A stretch of 64,000 bases of DNA from Candidatus Nomurabacteria bacterium RIFCSPHIGHO2_12_FULL_42_19 (GCA_001786955.1 MFUM01000009.1:552-64551), one strand, 5' to 3'; positions 25,519-35,561 are shown, counted from the stretch's first letter. The notes: generated from the letters alone by a model not told the origin. Program-made: numbers and translations.

Positions 25519-26781
25519 TTAATAATTGGTAATCTGTATTAACCTTTTGTATTTTACCATTCTTTCGGGTTTTGTCGGAGCGCCGGCTTTTAATCCAAAA
25601 CAATTAAAGGCATAAGCCAAATCAGCGATAAAATCATCGTCGGTTTCTTCGCCCCGGTGGCTGATAATTATTTCAATGTTATTTTCCCGGGCCAATCTCA
25701 TTGTTTCAAGGGTTTCGGTCAGTGTGCCGATTTGATTTGGCTTGATGATTACCGCATTTATACTCCCCTTTTCTATCGCTTTTTTAAGAAGCGTCTTATT
25801 TGAAACAGTTAAATCATCCCCCACTATCAATGAGTTCCTGTTTTTCTCCTTCAGTTCCCTGAAACTTTCAAAATCTTCTTCGTCAAACGGATCTTCAATG
25901 GAAAATAAATTAAATTCGTTAATCAGAGATTCATAGAGCTCCATCAGTTCTTTTTTGGAAATATCTTCCCCGCTGATTTTATAAATGCCATTCCCGCTTG
26001 CGCGGACAGGTTCATAAAAAGACGAAGCGGCGGCATCCAGAGCCAGCCGAACTTTATCCTGCAAATTATTTTGCCTGATAGCCTCAGTTAAAAAAACAAG
26101 CGGCTTCCAAACATCCGCGACTTTCAGGGCGAAACCTCCCTCGTCGCCCAATATAAGAGATTCTTCTCCCAAATCCCTGCCAATAATTTTTCTCAGCGTA
26201 TCCTGTATTTTAATTCCAATACCGACAGCTTCGGAAATATTCTCCGTATCGGGCATGATAAGATATTCCTGAAAAGCTAAAACACTGCCGGCGTGCTTGC
26301 CGCCTTCAAGCAGATTCATAAAAAGATATGGTGCTTTGCGCGAGGGTTTTATTTCCGCCAGAGTTTGCAAATATTGATACACTTCTTGGCCGGTAACTTT
26401 GGCCGCTGCTTTTACGCAGGCAATACTGACACCAATCATGGAATTACCGCCTAAATTGTTTTTATTCGGAGTGCCGTCCAGTTCAAGCATAATTTTATCT
26501 ACTTCTTTTTGGTTTAAAATATCTTTGCCGATCAGGGCTTTTGATATTATTTCATTTACGTTAAAAATCGCCTTTCTGTTTTCCATGACTCGCGCCTCAT
26601 GAATGCCCGTGCTTGCTCCGGACGGTACGGAAAAACTATCCGATATATCCCCGGCCCCCGCCTTCGCTAAAGCTTCGGACGGGCAAGCAAACACTGTCAC
26701 TTTTATTGTCGGATTTCCTCGCGAATCTTTAATTTCTTCCGCTTCGATTTTACTAATCGGATAATTAAATTCCGGAATCAT
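25519..26781 (-). CDS. eno: Enolase
   Basis: SVPSGASTGIHEA plus C-terminal barrel motifs (IKPNQIGTLTE). Somewhat divergent. Confidence 0.85.
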   Translation of the reverse strand: MIPEFNYPISKIEAEEIKDSRGNPTIKVTVFACPSEALAKAGAGDISDSFSVPSGASTGIHEARVMENRKAIFNVNEIISKALIGKDILNQKEVDKIMLELDGTPNKNNLGGNSMIGVSIACVKAAAKVTGQEVYQYLQTLAEIKPSRKAPYLFMNLLEGGKHAGSVLAFQEYLIMPDTENISEAVGIGIKIQDTLRKIIGRDLGEESLILGDEGGFALKVADVWKPLVFLTEAIRQNNLQDKVRLALDAAASSFYEPVRASGNGIYKISGEDISKKELMELYESLINEFNLFSIEDPFDEEDFESFRELKEKNRNSLIVGDDLTVSNKTLLKKAIEKGSINAVIIKPNQIGTLTETLETMRLARENNIEIIISHRGEETDDDFIADLAYAFNCFGLKAGAPTKPERMVKYKRLIQITNY

Positions 26782-26820
26782 ATACTTCTAATTTTACCAC
26801 ATTTTTGATACTATTAAAAT

Positions 26821-27960
26821 ATGTTGAACGAACTAATTACTGCCAGAAACTACATAATACACCTAAAATATAAATGGATTTTAAAGCCTATTTTTTTTAA
26901 AATTGACCCGGAGATAATTCACGACTGGATGACTGTTTTCTTGCACTTTTTGGGAAAATACGCCCTAACCAGGAAAATAGCTTATTTCTGCTTCGGTTAT
27001 TCAAACTCAATGCTTGAACAAAATATTCTGGGCATAAATTTCAAAAATCCCGTCGGTCTTTCGGCCGGTTTTGATAAAAACGCGGCATTGATAGATATTG
27101 CCCCCTCTTTAGGTTTTGGCTTTACGGAAGTCGGTTCAATTACCGGCGAACCGTGTCCGGGCAATCCCAAACCGCGCCTTTGGCGGTTAAAAAAATCAAA
27201 ATCTTTGGCTGTTTATTACGGCTTGACAAATAACGGCTGTGAAAATATTTCTGAAAAATTAACCGGAAAAAGTTTTACTATTCCGGTAGGCATTAATATC
27301 GCGAAAACCAACTGCAAAGAAACAGCTGACACCGCTAGAGCTATTGCGGATTATTTCAAAGCCTATAAAATTTTCACCAATATCGGCGGCTACATGACGA
27401 TAAATATCAGTTGCCCGAATGCTTTCGGCGGCCAGCCTTTTACTGATAATGCCAAGCTTAATGCATTGTTGGAAAAAATTATGTCTATTCCCAAAAGGAA
27501 GCCAATTTTTTTAAAAATATCGCCGGATTTAAATAAAAAAGAAGTTGACGATATAATCGATATCGCGTCTAAATTCAAGATTGACGGGTTTATCTGCACC
27601 AACCTGACAAAAAATCGCAACAATAAAAATATTATGGATAAAGTGGTTCCGGAACAAGGCGGGCTAAGCGGGAAAGTTTTAGACAGTTTGTCCGACGATT
27701 TAATTAGATATGTTTATAAAAAAACCAATGACCCGCGCCAGGGCGGGGCAGGCAAATTTATCATTATCGGTTCCGGCGGAGTATTTAATGCAGAAGACGC
27801 TTATAGGAAAATCAAGTTGGGTGCAAGCCTTATAGAACTCATCACAGGGATGATTTTTGAGGGACCTCAGCTAATCAGCGATATAAACTTGGGACTGGTT
27901 AAACTTCTAAAAAAAGACGGCTATAAAAACATTTCCGAAGCAATCGGGAAAAAAAATTAA
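26821..27960 (+). CDS. pyrD: Dihydroorotate dehydrogenase (quinone), class 2
   Basis: GINFKNPVGLSAGFDKN ... FTEVGSIT plus an N-terminal membrane-association extension. Confidence 0.85.
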   Translation: MLNELITARNYIIHLKYKWILKPIFFKIDPEIIHDWMTVFLHFLGKYALTRKIAYFCFGYSNSMLEQNILGINFKNPVGLSAGFDKNAALIDIAPSLGFGFTEVGSITGEPCPGNPKPRLWRLKKSKSLAVYYGLTNNGCENISEKLTGKSFTIPVGINIAKTNCKETADTARAIADYFKAYKIFTNIGGYMTINISCPNAFGGQPFTDNAKLNALLEKIMSIPKRKPIFLKISPDLNKKEVDDIIDIASKFKIDGFICTNLTKNRNNKNIMDKVVPEQGGLSGKVLDSLSDDLIRYVYKKTNDPRQGGAGKFIIIGSGGVFNAEDAYRKIKLGASLIELITGMIFEGPQLISDINLGLVKLLKKDGYKNISEAIGKKN

Positions 27961-28007
27961 AAACAGAAAACAAAATCTAAATTCTTTAATATACAATATA
28001 TGATATA

Positions 28008-28565
28008 TTAAGGAAAAGTTTTATTTATTTTATCATAACCAAGTTCTATTGCACGATTGACGGACTTCCTCAAAAAGTATCTCCAGTGGTCACGGTCTTC
28101 GTTCCTGGTGTGGGACTCCCAATTGGACAAAATTTCTTCCGGAGTCGCCCAAGCCAAGGTAAATTTTTCATGCTCTTCGAGTCTGGTCGGTATTAAATTA
28201 TTGCTTTTAAGTATCACTAGAAAACAGGTGGCATCCGCGATACGGTCTACGTTTTTTAAAGTATTGTGAAAATGACACAAGGCCTCAGCTATTTTTTCAA
28301 CATGCAAAAAATCATGCAAACCGCTCTCTTCGGTAATTTCTCTTAAGACCCCGTTTTTTATATCTTCTTCGGAACTTACACCTCCTCCAAAAAGACCAAA
28401 TTTACCATCATCTTGCTTCTTGCTAACGGCATATTTTTGTGTTTGTGGGTCAAAAATAACCCCGCATCCACCGTCTCTCCGTTCTTCATTTTTTCTCTTA
28501 ATTCCAAATTCCGGAATATTACTCGAATCATTCATATAATGATTTATAGTTTTCTTAATATACAA
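28008..28565 (-). CDS. NUDIX hydrolase
   Basis: Nudix box GGGVSSEEDIKNGVLREITEESG. Confidence 0.7.
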   Translation of the reverse strand: MYIKKTINHYMNDSSNIPEFGIKRKNEERRDGGCGVIFDPQTQKYAVSKKQDDGKFGLFGGGVSSEEDIKNGVLREITEESGLHDFLHVEKIAEALCHFHNTLKNVDRIADATCFLVILKSNNLIPTRLEEHEKFTLAWATPEEILSNWESHTRNEDRDHWRYFLRKSVNRAIELGYDKINKTFP

Positions 28566-28587
28566 TATACTGTATGTTAAAGATTTT

Positions 28588-29925
28588 CTATTTTTTAGTC
28601 AATAAAATCATCAAATCGGAAACGTTGGCACCGGTGGGACCGGTCATAATCATATTCCCGGTTTTTTGGAAAAATGTATAGGAATCAAATCTTTCCAGAT
28701 ATTCCCCCGCATCTAGCCCAAATTTTTCTCCTTTTTCTAATGTTTTTTTATCAACAATTGCCCCGGCAACATCGCTATTATCCATACCGTCGGACGCAAA
28801 TGATATAAAAACAGAGTTTTCATCAACCATTTTCATTTTTATGGCCTGAAGTCCCATATGAAGGCTTCTGCCTCCTTTTCCTTTTTTATCCTTAATTTCA
28901 ATGCTTGGCTCTCCGGCGGCCAAGCTAACGAAGCCAGAAAAGGGTTTTTGAGTGGTCTGGGGATTTTTTCCGAGGACCCGAAAAAATCCTTTTCTGGCTT
29001 CGTTATGAATAGAAAAAATTTTTTTTAATGCTCCGCCAATTTCATCATATAATTCAGTTGAAATTATCTTGGGTTTCAAGCCAAATTCTTCTCCTTTTTT
29101 CGCCATCGCCTCTACCGCCGTTTTATTGGAAACCAAGACAAAATTACGGACTTTTTCAAAATATTTATCTTCTTTCGGTGTTTCTGTCAAATCAAAATGC
29201 CCTAAATCATATTTCCTAATTATCGTTTCCGCATCCGCAACCGTCGTCTCGTCTTTATAGGTCGGCCCGGACGCCACATCGCAAAAACGATCCCCCGGTA
29301 TATCGGAAAAAATAAGGCCGATAACCGTTGCCGGATAAGCAATTTTAGCCAAGCCGCCGCCTTTGAGTAATGAAAGGTGTTTTCTAACCGTATTGATTTC
29401 GGTTATTGTCTTGCCTGTTTTTAAAAATGAATCATAAAGTTTTATCCCCTGCTCGCATTCTTCTTCCGTATAGCAGAGCAAGGCCGAACCCCCGCCCGAA
29501 ACCAAAACAATTACTAAATCTTCTTTGTCGGAATCTTTTATTGTTTCATATATTTTTTCTCCGCCTTCCAGGTTTATTTCGGACGGCCTCGGATGGGTGC
29601 CAGCAAAAATTTCAATATATCTGCTGGGAATTTTTTGAAGGCCGATAACGGCGCCTTCTTTGATTCTGGATCCTAAGATTTTTTCCAATGCGACAGCCGC
29701 ATCGCAGGAAGCTTTGCCAAAACCGACTACTTTTATATTTTTAAATTTAGATAAATCAAAACTTTCCCCCATAACGTTTATAACATTACCTTCCAACTTG
29801 AGAGAACGGGAAATTGCTTCCTTGGTATCAATGGCATCTAGTCCCGCTTCGGCGATTAAAAGCGCCTTCTCCCTATTCGGACTTGTCGCCAGTTCATTAA
29901 AATTTTTTATCCAACGCTTGTCCAT
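28588..29925 (-). CDS. Glycerate kinase, MOFRL family (glycerate 2-kinase)
   Basis: 445 aa. The N-terminal DUF4147-like region and the C-terminal MOFRL region (GGGSALL, GPTGANVSD) are typical. Confidence 0.75.
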   Translation of the reverse strand: MDKRWIKNFNELATSPNREKALLIAEAGLDAIDTKEAISRSLKLEGNVINVMGESFDLSKFKNIKVVGFGKASCDAAVALEKILGSRIKEGAVIGLQKIPSRYIEIFAGTHPRPSEINLEGGEKIYETIKDSDKEDLVIVLVSGGGSALLCYTEEECEQGIKLYDSFLKTGKTITEINTVRKHLSLLKGGGLAKIAYPATVIGLIFSDIPGDRFCDVASGPTYKDETTVADAETIIRKYDLGHFDLTETPKEDKYFEKVRNFVLVSNKTAVEAMAKKGEEFGLKPKIISTELYDEIGGALKKIFSIHNEARKGFFRVLGKNPQTTQKPFSGFVSLAAGEPSIEIKDKKGKGGRSLHMGLQAIKMKMVDENSVFISFASDGMDNSDVAGAIVDKKTLEKGEKFGLDAGEYLERFDSYTFFQKTGNMIMTGPTGANVSDLMILLTKK

Positions 29926-29927
29926 TT

Positions 29928-30947
29928 TTATTTAATTAAATTAATCGGGTTTCCAGAAATAAAGCTTTTTATATTATCTATGGTTGTCTGTTGTATTGAT
30001 GCTATCGCTTCTCGGGTATAAAAGGCCATATGGGGAGACACCATCACATTCGGCATTTTTATCAGTTCGTGGTTCAAGGCAACAATTTTTTTTATTTCTT
30101 CGTTTTCGGCATTTTGGACATTCTGGAGCTGCTTCTCTCCTTCAAGCACATCAAGCCCCGCTCCAGCGATAATTCCCTCTTTAAGACCTCTAATCAAGGC
30201 TTCGGTATCTACAAGTTCCCCGCGGGCAGTATTAATCAGATAAACACCTTTTTTCATCATGGAAATATTTTCTTTGTTTATCAGATGATGATTTTCTTTG
30301 GTATAGGGAATGTGCAGGGTTATAATGTCGGATTGCGAAACCACCTCGGCAAAGCTTTTGTATTCAAAATTGTTTTCTTTGACAAACGCCGCATCCGGAT
30401 ACAAATCAAACGCCAACACATTCATTTCAAATCCTTTTGCAATTTTAATAACGTTCTTGCCAATCTTTCCCGTGCCAATAACGCCCAAAGTTTTGCCTTC
30501 CAAATTAAAACCCTCCATCCATGGCAAGTAATTATAATTAAGCGTTTCCTTGAGGTATGTGTTTGATGTTGCAATCTTCCTGGACAGATTGAGCATCAAA
30601 CCAAATGCAAACTCGGCGACGGTGTGAGAACCGTAAGCCGGCACGCTGGCCACCCTAATTCCTTTACCAAAAGCATATTCGCAATCAATGTGGTTAAATC
30701 CAGTAGAGCGCGTGGTTATAAATTTCAAATTCACCATTTTATCAATAGTGTTTTTGTTTATATCGGAATCTACAAAAACTGAAATAATATCGGCATCTTT
30801 CGCCAAATCAGCATTATTCTCAGTTAATCTTTCCTCATAAAAAACTAGTTCAGAACCGCTCAAGGATTGTGAGAAAACAGATTGTTCCGCTTTCGGCACT
30901 TCAAAAAATATAATTTTCATAACTTTATTATAACCCAATATTACCAC
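29928..30947 (-). CDS. D-isomer-specific 2-hydroxyacid dehydrogenase (D-lactate/hydroxypyruvate reductase-like)
   Basis: NAD motif GVIGTGKIGKNV, and the catalytic Arg/Glu/His region (TARGELVD ... SPHMAFYT). Confidence 0.85.
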   Translation of the reverse strand: MVILGYNKVMKIIFFEVPKAEQSVFSQSLSGSELVFYEERLTENNADLAKDADIISVFVDSDINKNTIDKMVNLKFITTRSTGFNHIDCEYAFGKGIRVASVPAYGSHTVAEFAFGLMLNLSRKIATSNTYLKETLNYNYLPWMEGFNLEGKTLGVIGTGKIGKNVIKIAKGFEMNVLAFDLYPDAAFVKENNFEYKSFAEVVSQSDIITLHIPYTKENHHLINKENISMMKKGVYLINTARGELVDTEALIRGLKEGIIAGAGLDVLEGEKQLQNVQNAENEEIKKIVALNHELIKMPNVMVSPHMAFYTREAIASIQQTTIDNIKSFISGNPINLIK

Positions 30948-31354
30948 TTAAGCCAATTTGCAAAAAAGGAAAAAACTCCTGAAGAAGAATCGGTTTTTGG
31001 GACTATGGGCGGATTTTTATCTTCCACCACCACAATCACACCTTCCCCTTCTTTTGCTAGGCCAAAATTTTCCCGGAAAAATTTTTCTTTCCCCTGGTCT
31101 GTTCCCAGGCTGTTTATATCGGATGAATATTTTTCCTTCTGCTGCTTGAGCGCGGCAACTTTATCTTCGGCAATTTTTTTATTCCTGCCGGTTTCTTCCA
31201 TCTTGCCCCAAAAACCCAGAATATTCCAGGCAAAAATCAGTATTAAAATTCCAAAAAATATCAGGACAGGTTTTGATCGCATTGTATTTGTCCACACTCT
31301 CTTTTGTTGAAAATTTATCATGATGTGATACATTAAGTATATGCTTTTCAACAA
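30941..31354 (-). CDS. Septum formation initiator, FtsB/DivIC-like
   Basis: One TM helix followed by a coiled coil (KIAEDKVAALKQQKEKYSSDINSL). The probable true start is the Met at MRSKPVLIFF. Confidence 0.5.
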   Translation of the reverse strand: MLKSIYLMYHIMINFQQKRVWTNTMRSKPVLIFFGILILIFAWNILGFWGKMEETGRNKKIAEDKVAALKQQKEKYSSDINSLGTDQGKEKFFRENFGLAKEGEGVIVVVEDKNPPIVPKTDSSSGVFSFFANWLKW

Positions 31355-31464
31355 AAAACATCAAAAGAAAATCCAGGTCGTCTGGGCGGTGGTTAGCGTA
31401 TTGATTATTATCAGCATGATATTGCTGTATTCCCCGATATTCGGATAAAAAATTTAATCGGGGT

Positions 31465-33459
31465 TTATTCCCCGGCGCGCATCATCTTCAGAAACACATC
31501 TTGGGGAATGTTTACCCTGCCTCTTTCTTTCATTTTTTTCTTTCCCTTTTTCTGTTTTTCGCGAAGTTTCATTTTGCGGGTAATATCTCCCCCATACATG
31601 TGCTGGGTTACATCTTTTTTCATGCCGGAAAGAGTGCGGGAAGAAATGATGCGCCCGAGCGCCTTGCCTTGAATTTTTAAAGTAAACATCTGCCGGGGCA
31701 GCAGGCTTTCCAGTTTTTCAACCGCTTTTTCGGCTTCTTCGGCCGCTCTTTTTTTAGAAACAACCCGGGAAAAAGCCGGCACGATTTCATCGGCGACTAT
31801 CAGGTCAAGTCTGGTAACATTCGCTTCGCGCATTTCCCCTATTTCATAAGATATGGAGCCATAGCCCGATGAAACGCTTTTTAATTCATCAAAGAAATTT
31901 CTCATAAGTTCACGGAGGGGCATTTCTACAGATATAGTTGAACGGTTATCCCCGAAATTTTCCGTGTTGCCAACCTCCCCTTCGTGGTCAAAAAGCAATT
32001 GCATGATATTGCCGATATATTTTACCGGAGTGATGATTTTCAATCGGACCCAAGGTTCGAATACGGCCTCTATATTGCCGTCATCAGGAAAAAAATACGG
32101 AGAATAAACCCGCACACTTTTTCTCTGGTCGTTTTTCAAACGCGCTTCTGGCGCAACCAGAGAATTAGTGTGCGGGTAAATCTTTTCTTGATTGCTATTT
32201 TTCATTAAAACCTCGTAGGTGATGGATGGAGTAGTGATTACTAAATCCAAATTAAACTCGCGTTTCAGCCTTTCCGTGATGATTTCAAGATGGAGCATTC
32301 CTAAAAATCCGCATCTGAATCCCCGGCCCAGTGAACCGGAAGATTCTTCTTCGTATGAAAAAGCCGAATCGGAAAGCTTTAGTTTCCCCAATGAAAGCTT
32401 TAATTCCGCAAAATCATCCGCATCTTCCGGAAAAACCGAAGCCCAGACAACCGGCAAGGGTTGCATATAGCCCTCAAAAGCCGGCAATGGATTTTTAAAC
32501 ATAGTAATAGTATCTCCCACCGAAGCTATACCCGGTTTCTTTATGCCGGTAACGATATAGCCCGTTTCTCCCGAAGAAAGAAAATCGGCGGGTGTTTCTT
32601 CGGGGGAAAAAGTTCCGACTTCTAGAGCGGTGAATTTTTCGCCCGAAACTGCAAAAAGCAAAGATTCGCCTTTTGTCATCTTGCCGTCAAATACCCGCAC
32701 AAAAACTATTACTCCCCGATGATTTGAATATTTAAAATCAAAAACCAATGCACGGAGCACCCCCTCCGCCTTTGGCACCTCCCCCTTGGCAAGGAGGAGG
32801 GTGGAAGTCGGCTCCGGAACACGTTTTACGACTTCCTGCAGAAGATTCTCCACTCCTTCTCCGGTACGCCCGGAGACCAGCAAAATTTCATTTGGATCGC
32901 AGTTTAAAAGCTTTACAACTTCTTCTTTAACTTCATTTATTCTGGCTAAAGGGGAATCAATTTTAGAGAGCACTGGAATGATTTTAAGGCCATCCAAGCG
33001 CGCCATAGCAAGCGTGGTAAGCGTCTGAGCCTGCACCCCCTGAGTTGAATCTATAAGCAAAATAGAGCCCTCTACGGCCTTTAGGGCGCGGGACACTTCG
33101 TAGGAGAAATCTATATGCCCGGGAGTATCAATTAGATTTAAAATGTAAACCCCATCCTCAGCCTTCCCCGAGGGGGAAGGAATTTGCCCCTCTCCTTTGG
33201 GGAGGGGTTGGGGAGGGGTGTATTTCATGCGGACGGGCTGCATTTTGATGGTAATTCCCCTTTCGCGCTCAAGTTCCATGGAATCCAGAACCTGCTCGCG
33301 CATCTTGCGTGTTTCTATGGTGTGTGTAATTTCAAGCATTCTATCCGCTAAGGTGCTCTTGCCGTGGTCAATATGCGCGATGATAGAAAAATTTCTGATG
33401 TGTTTTATATCCATAAATAAATTTTTTAATCCAAAAATCCGCCGGTTTGGTGGTTCCAT
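31465..33459 (-). CDS. lepA: Elongation factor 4 (LepA), carrying an in-frame 19-aa insertion between G2 and G3
   Basis: IIAHIDHGKST...DTPGH...NKID and the LepA-specific C-terminal domain. TPPQPLPKGEGQIPSPSGK, between RGITIKMQPVRMKY and AEDGVYILNLIDTPGH, is absent from canonical LepA. Confidence 0.9.
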   Translation of the reverse strand: MEPPNRRIFGLKNLFMDIKHIRNFSIIAHIDHGKSTLADRMLEITHTIETRKMREQVLDSMELERERGITIKMQPVRMKYTPPQPLPKGEGQIPSPSGKAEDGVYILNLIDTPGHIDFSYEVSRALKAVEGSILLIDSTQGVQAQTLTTLAMARLDGLKIIPVLSKIDSPLARINEVKEEVVKLLNCDPNEILLVSGRTGEGVENLLQEVVKRVPEPTSTLLLAKGEVPKAEGVLRALVFDFKYSNHRGVIVFVRVFDGKMTKGESLLFAVSGEKFTALEVGTFSPEETPADFLSSGETGYIVTGIKKPGIASVGDTITMFKNPLPAFEGYMQPLPVVWASVFPEDADDFAELKLSLGKLKLSDSAFSYEEESSGSLGRGFRCGFLGMLHLEIITERLKREFNLDLVITTPSITYEVLMKNSNQEKIYPHTNSLVAPEARLKNDQRKSVRVYSPYFFPDDGNIEAVFEPWVRLKIITPVKYIGNIMQLLFDHEGEVGNTENFGDNRSTISVEMPLRELMRNFFDELKSVSSGYGSISYEIGEMREANVTRLDLIVADEIVPAFSRVVSKKRAAEEAEKAVEKLESLLPRQMFTLKIQGKALGRIISSRTLSGMKKDVTQHMYGGDITRKMKLREKQKKGKKKMKERGRVNIPQDVFLKMMRAGE
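33162..33220. repeat. Family-2 GC-rich double-hairpin element copy E, lying inside the lepA CDS in frame
   Basis: ccttcccc-gag-ggggaagg, then aatttg, then cccctctcc-ttt-ggggagggg (one G-U pair), then ttggggagggg. The 57 nt match the 19 extra LepA codons. Confidence 0.7.
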
Positions 33460-35186
33460 AAGTTGGCATACATACCATTTTTTTCCAGCAATTCTTTGTG
33501 TGTTCCTTCCTCTACTATCTGCCCTTTATCTAAGACAATAATTCTATCCATTTTCTGAATAGTAGAAAGTCTGTGCGCTATCACTATCGTCGTCTTGCCT
33601 TTCATCAATTCGTTGAAAGCATCCTGAATATAATGCTCGCTGACGCTATCAAGTGAACTAGTCGCTTCATCCAGCATCAATATCGGAGAATCTTTGAGCA
33701 TGGCGCGGGCTATGGCTACTCTTTGCCTTTCGCCTCCTGAAAGTTTAATCCCCCGCTCTCCAACCAAAGTGTCGTAGCCATGGGGTAATTTAGAAATAAA
33801 TTCATGGGCATGGGCTTTTTTGGCAACGTCAATAATTTCTCCTTCACTTGCATTTGGTTTGCTGTAAGCGATATTATCTCTAATACTTCGGTGAAACAAA
33901 ATCGGCTCTTGGGATATATAAGAGATGTGTTTTCGTAAATTATCCTGAGTTATTTTTCTTATATCCTGACCGTCAATTAGAATTTCACCGCTAGTTATGT
34001 CAACAAATCGCATAAGAAGTTTGGTAATCGTTGATTTACCTCCGCCGGAATGCCCGACAAGTCCGACTTTTTCGCCTTTTTTTATGCTTAAGGAAAAATT
34101 GTGAAAAACTTCCACATTACCTTCATATTGGAAATCAATGTTATTTATTTCAATATTGCCATCTTTTATTCTGCATTTTTCCGGACGAGGCAAATCAAGA
34201 ACATCAGGCGTGCGTTTAAATATGTCAACCATCTCTTTCATGTCCGAGGATGCTTCGGTAAACTTGACTAATGCACGCCCTAAATCCCAAAAATAATTTC
34301 CTATGGTTATGGAATAACTTTGAATCAAAACAAACATTCCGGCCGTTATCTTTCCGGAAATCCAGAGTTCAACAGCCAAGAATAAACAGATAATTTGGAC
34401 TGACACAGTAAGAACGGACTGTACGATTAATTGTCGATTAGAAAAATTCCATGCTCGCAATCGTAGAAAATGTACCTCCTCTGTTGCTTCTCCAAATCTA
34501 TCTATTTCCCTCATCGAAGCGGAGGAAGATTTGGTAGATAGAATGTTGGTTAATGCATCAGCAAGATATCCGGTAATCCGTGAATCTGCGTCAGCTTTTT
34601 CTATATAATATCTGATTTTTCTCTTAGATAGAAAAACCGCAATAAATACGTAAATGGAATAAATGCCAAGAAATACGTATGCTATGGGGGGAGATTGAAT
34701 AAAAAAAACAATAAAAATTGCAACAAAAGCAACCAACGGATTCCAAAAATTATCAATAGCCATATCATGCATAGATTCAAAAGATTTTACGAATTTCTTC
34801 GTTTTGTTTACCAGAGAACCAGAAAAATTATCCGCAAAAAAAAGGTAAGAATGGTTTTGCAACTTACTGAAAGCAAGATTATCCAAATCTCTCATTACAT
34901 TCGATTGAAATTCTGAAAGCATAAATTGACCGAATCTTACTAAAACATTAGCAATAATGAAGGTAAATGCTATAAAGGCAACATAATGAAAAAGGGAGTC
35001 GGCTAATACATGCCTATCTATATTGGTATTTGCGACCAAATCAACAATTTTTTTATAAAAAATTGGTACAACAGTGTTAGACAATAAAGGCCTGGCGGCA
35101 TAAAGAAGAAATATGCCGTAAAACTGCCATTTATATTTAGAAATGGTAGGCCAGATATAGGAAAATGAATCTTTAAAATTAAACAT
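33426..35186 (-). CDS. ABC transporter, fused permease/ATPase exporter (MsbA-like)
   Basis: Six TM helices followed by Walker A GHSGGGKST, signature LSGGERQR and Walker B ILMLDEATS. Confidence 0.85.
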   Translation of the reverse strand: MFNFKDSFSYIWPTISKYKWQFYGIFLLYAARPLLSNTVVPIFYKKIVDLVANTNIDRHVLADSLFHYVAFIAFTFIIANVLVRFGQFMLSEFQSNVMRDLDNLAFSKLQNHSYLFFADNFSGSLVNKTKKFVKSFESMHDMAIDNFWNPLVAFVAIFIVFFIQSPPIAYVFLGIYSIYVFIAVFLSKRKIRYYIEKADADSRITGYLADALTNILSTKSSSASMREIDRFGEATEEVHFLRLRAWNFSNRQLIVQSVLTVSVQIICLFLAVELWISGKITAGMFVLIQSYSITIGNYFWDLGRALVKFTEASSDMKEMVDIFKRTPDVLDLPRPEKCRIKDGNIEINNIDFQYEGNVEVFHNFSLSIKKGEKVGLVGHSGGGKSTITKLLMRFVDITSGEILIDGQDIRKITQDNLRKHISYISQEPILFHRSIRDNIAYSKPNASEGEIIDVAKKAHAHEFISKLPHGYDTLVGERGIKLSGGERQRVAIARAMLKDSPILMLDEATSSLDSVSEHYIQDAFNELMKGKTTIVIAHRLSTIQKMDRIIVLDKGQIVEEGTHKELLEKNGMYANLWNHQTGGFLD

Positions 35187-35242
35187 AAAAATCGGCTTGG
35201 ATAAGCTTTTTCGATTCTAGCAGAAAAAGCCCATATTTCAAA

Positions 35243-35561
35243 CCCCCACACCTTTTGTTTTATGGCTTCAGATCATATAATAGTCATTATGTACTATGTA
35301 TATATTTTGAAGAGCTTGAAAGATGAAAAATTATATATTGGTTCAACCAATGATCTGAAGCGAAGACTTTCGGAACACAATAATGGACTTAATCGTTCAA
35401 CGAAAGCGAGGCGGCCTTTCGAACTGAGATATTATGAAGCTTGTGCCAGTAAATATGATGCAAGAAAAAGAGAATATGCGCTAAAAAAAGACGGTAAAGC
35501 CTTAGGCCAATTAAAAAGAAGAATCTCCGAAAGTCTTCAATAAAAACGAAAGGTGTGGGGG
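35243..35561. mobile_element. GIY-YIG gene cassette bounded by a 19-bp inverted repeat (1 mismatch)
   Basis: cccccacaccttttgtttt (35243-35261) and aaaacgaaaggtgtggggg (35543-35561) flank the 35262-35543 ORF exactly. The left arm ends at the ATG. The right arm begins at the stop and ends 1 nt before the murJ stop. Confidence 0.55.
35262..35543 (+). CDS. GIY-YIG nuclease, YhbQ/UPF0213-like small protein (paralog of 21697-21957)
   Basis: YYVYILKSLKDEKLYIGSTNDLKRRLSEH. 93 aa. Confidence 0.75.
   Translation: MASDHIIVIMYYVYILKSLKDEKLYIGSTNDLKRRLSEHNNGLNRSTKARRPFELRYYEACASKYDARKREYALKKDGKALGQLKRRISESLQ

Noticed and set aside
26630-26670. C-rich segment in eno (ccccggcccccgccttcgc) as a repeat-derived insertion
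   Set aside because: There is no clear hairpin or match to either element family. The few extra residues near the enolase N-terminal loop are within normal variation.
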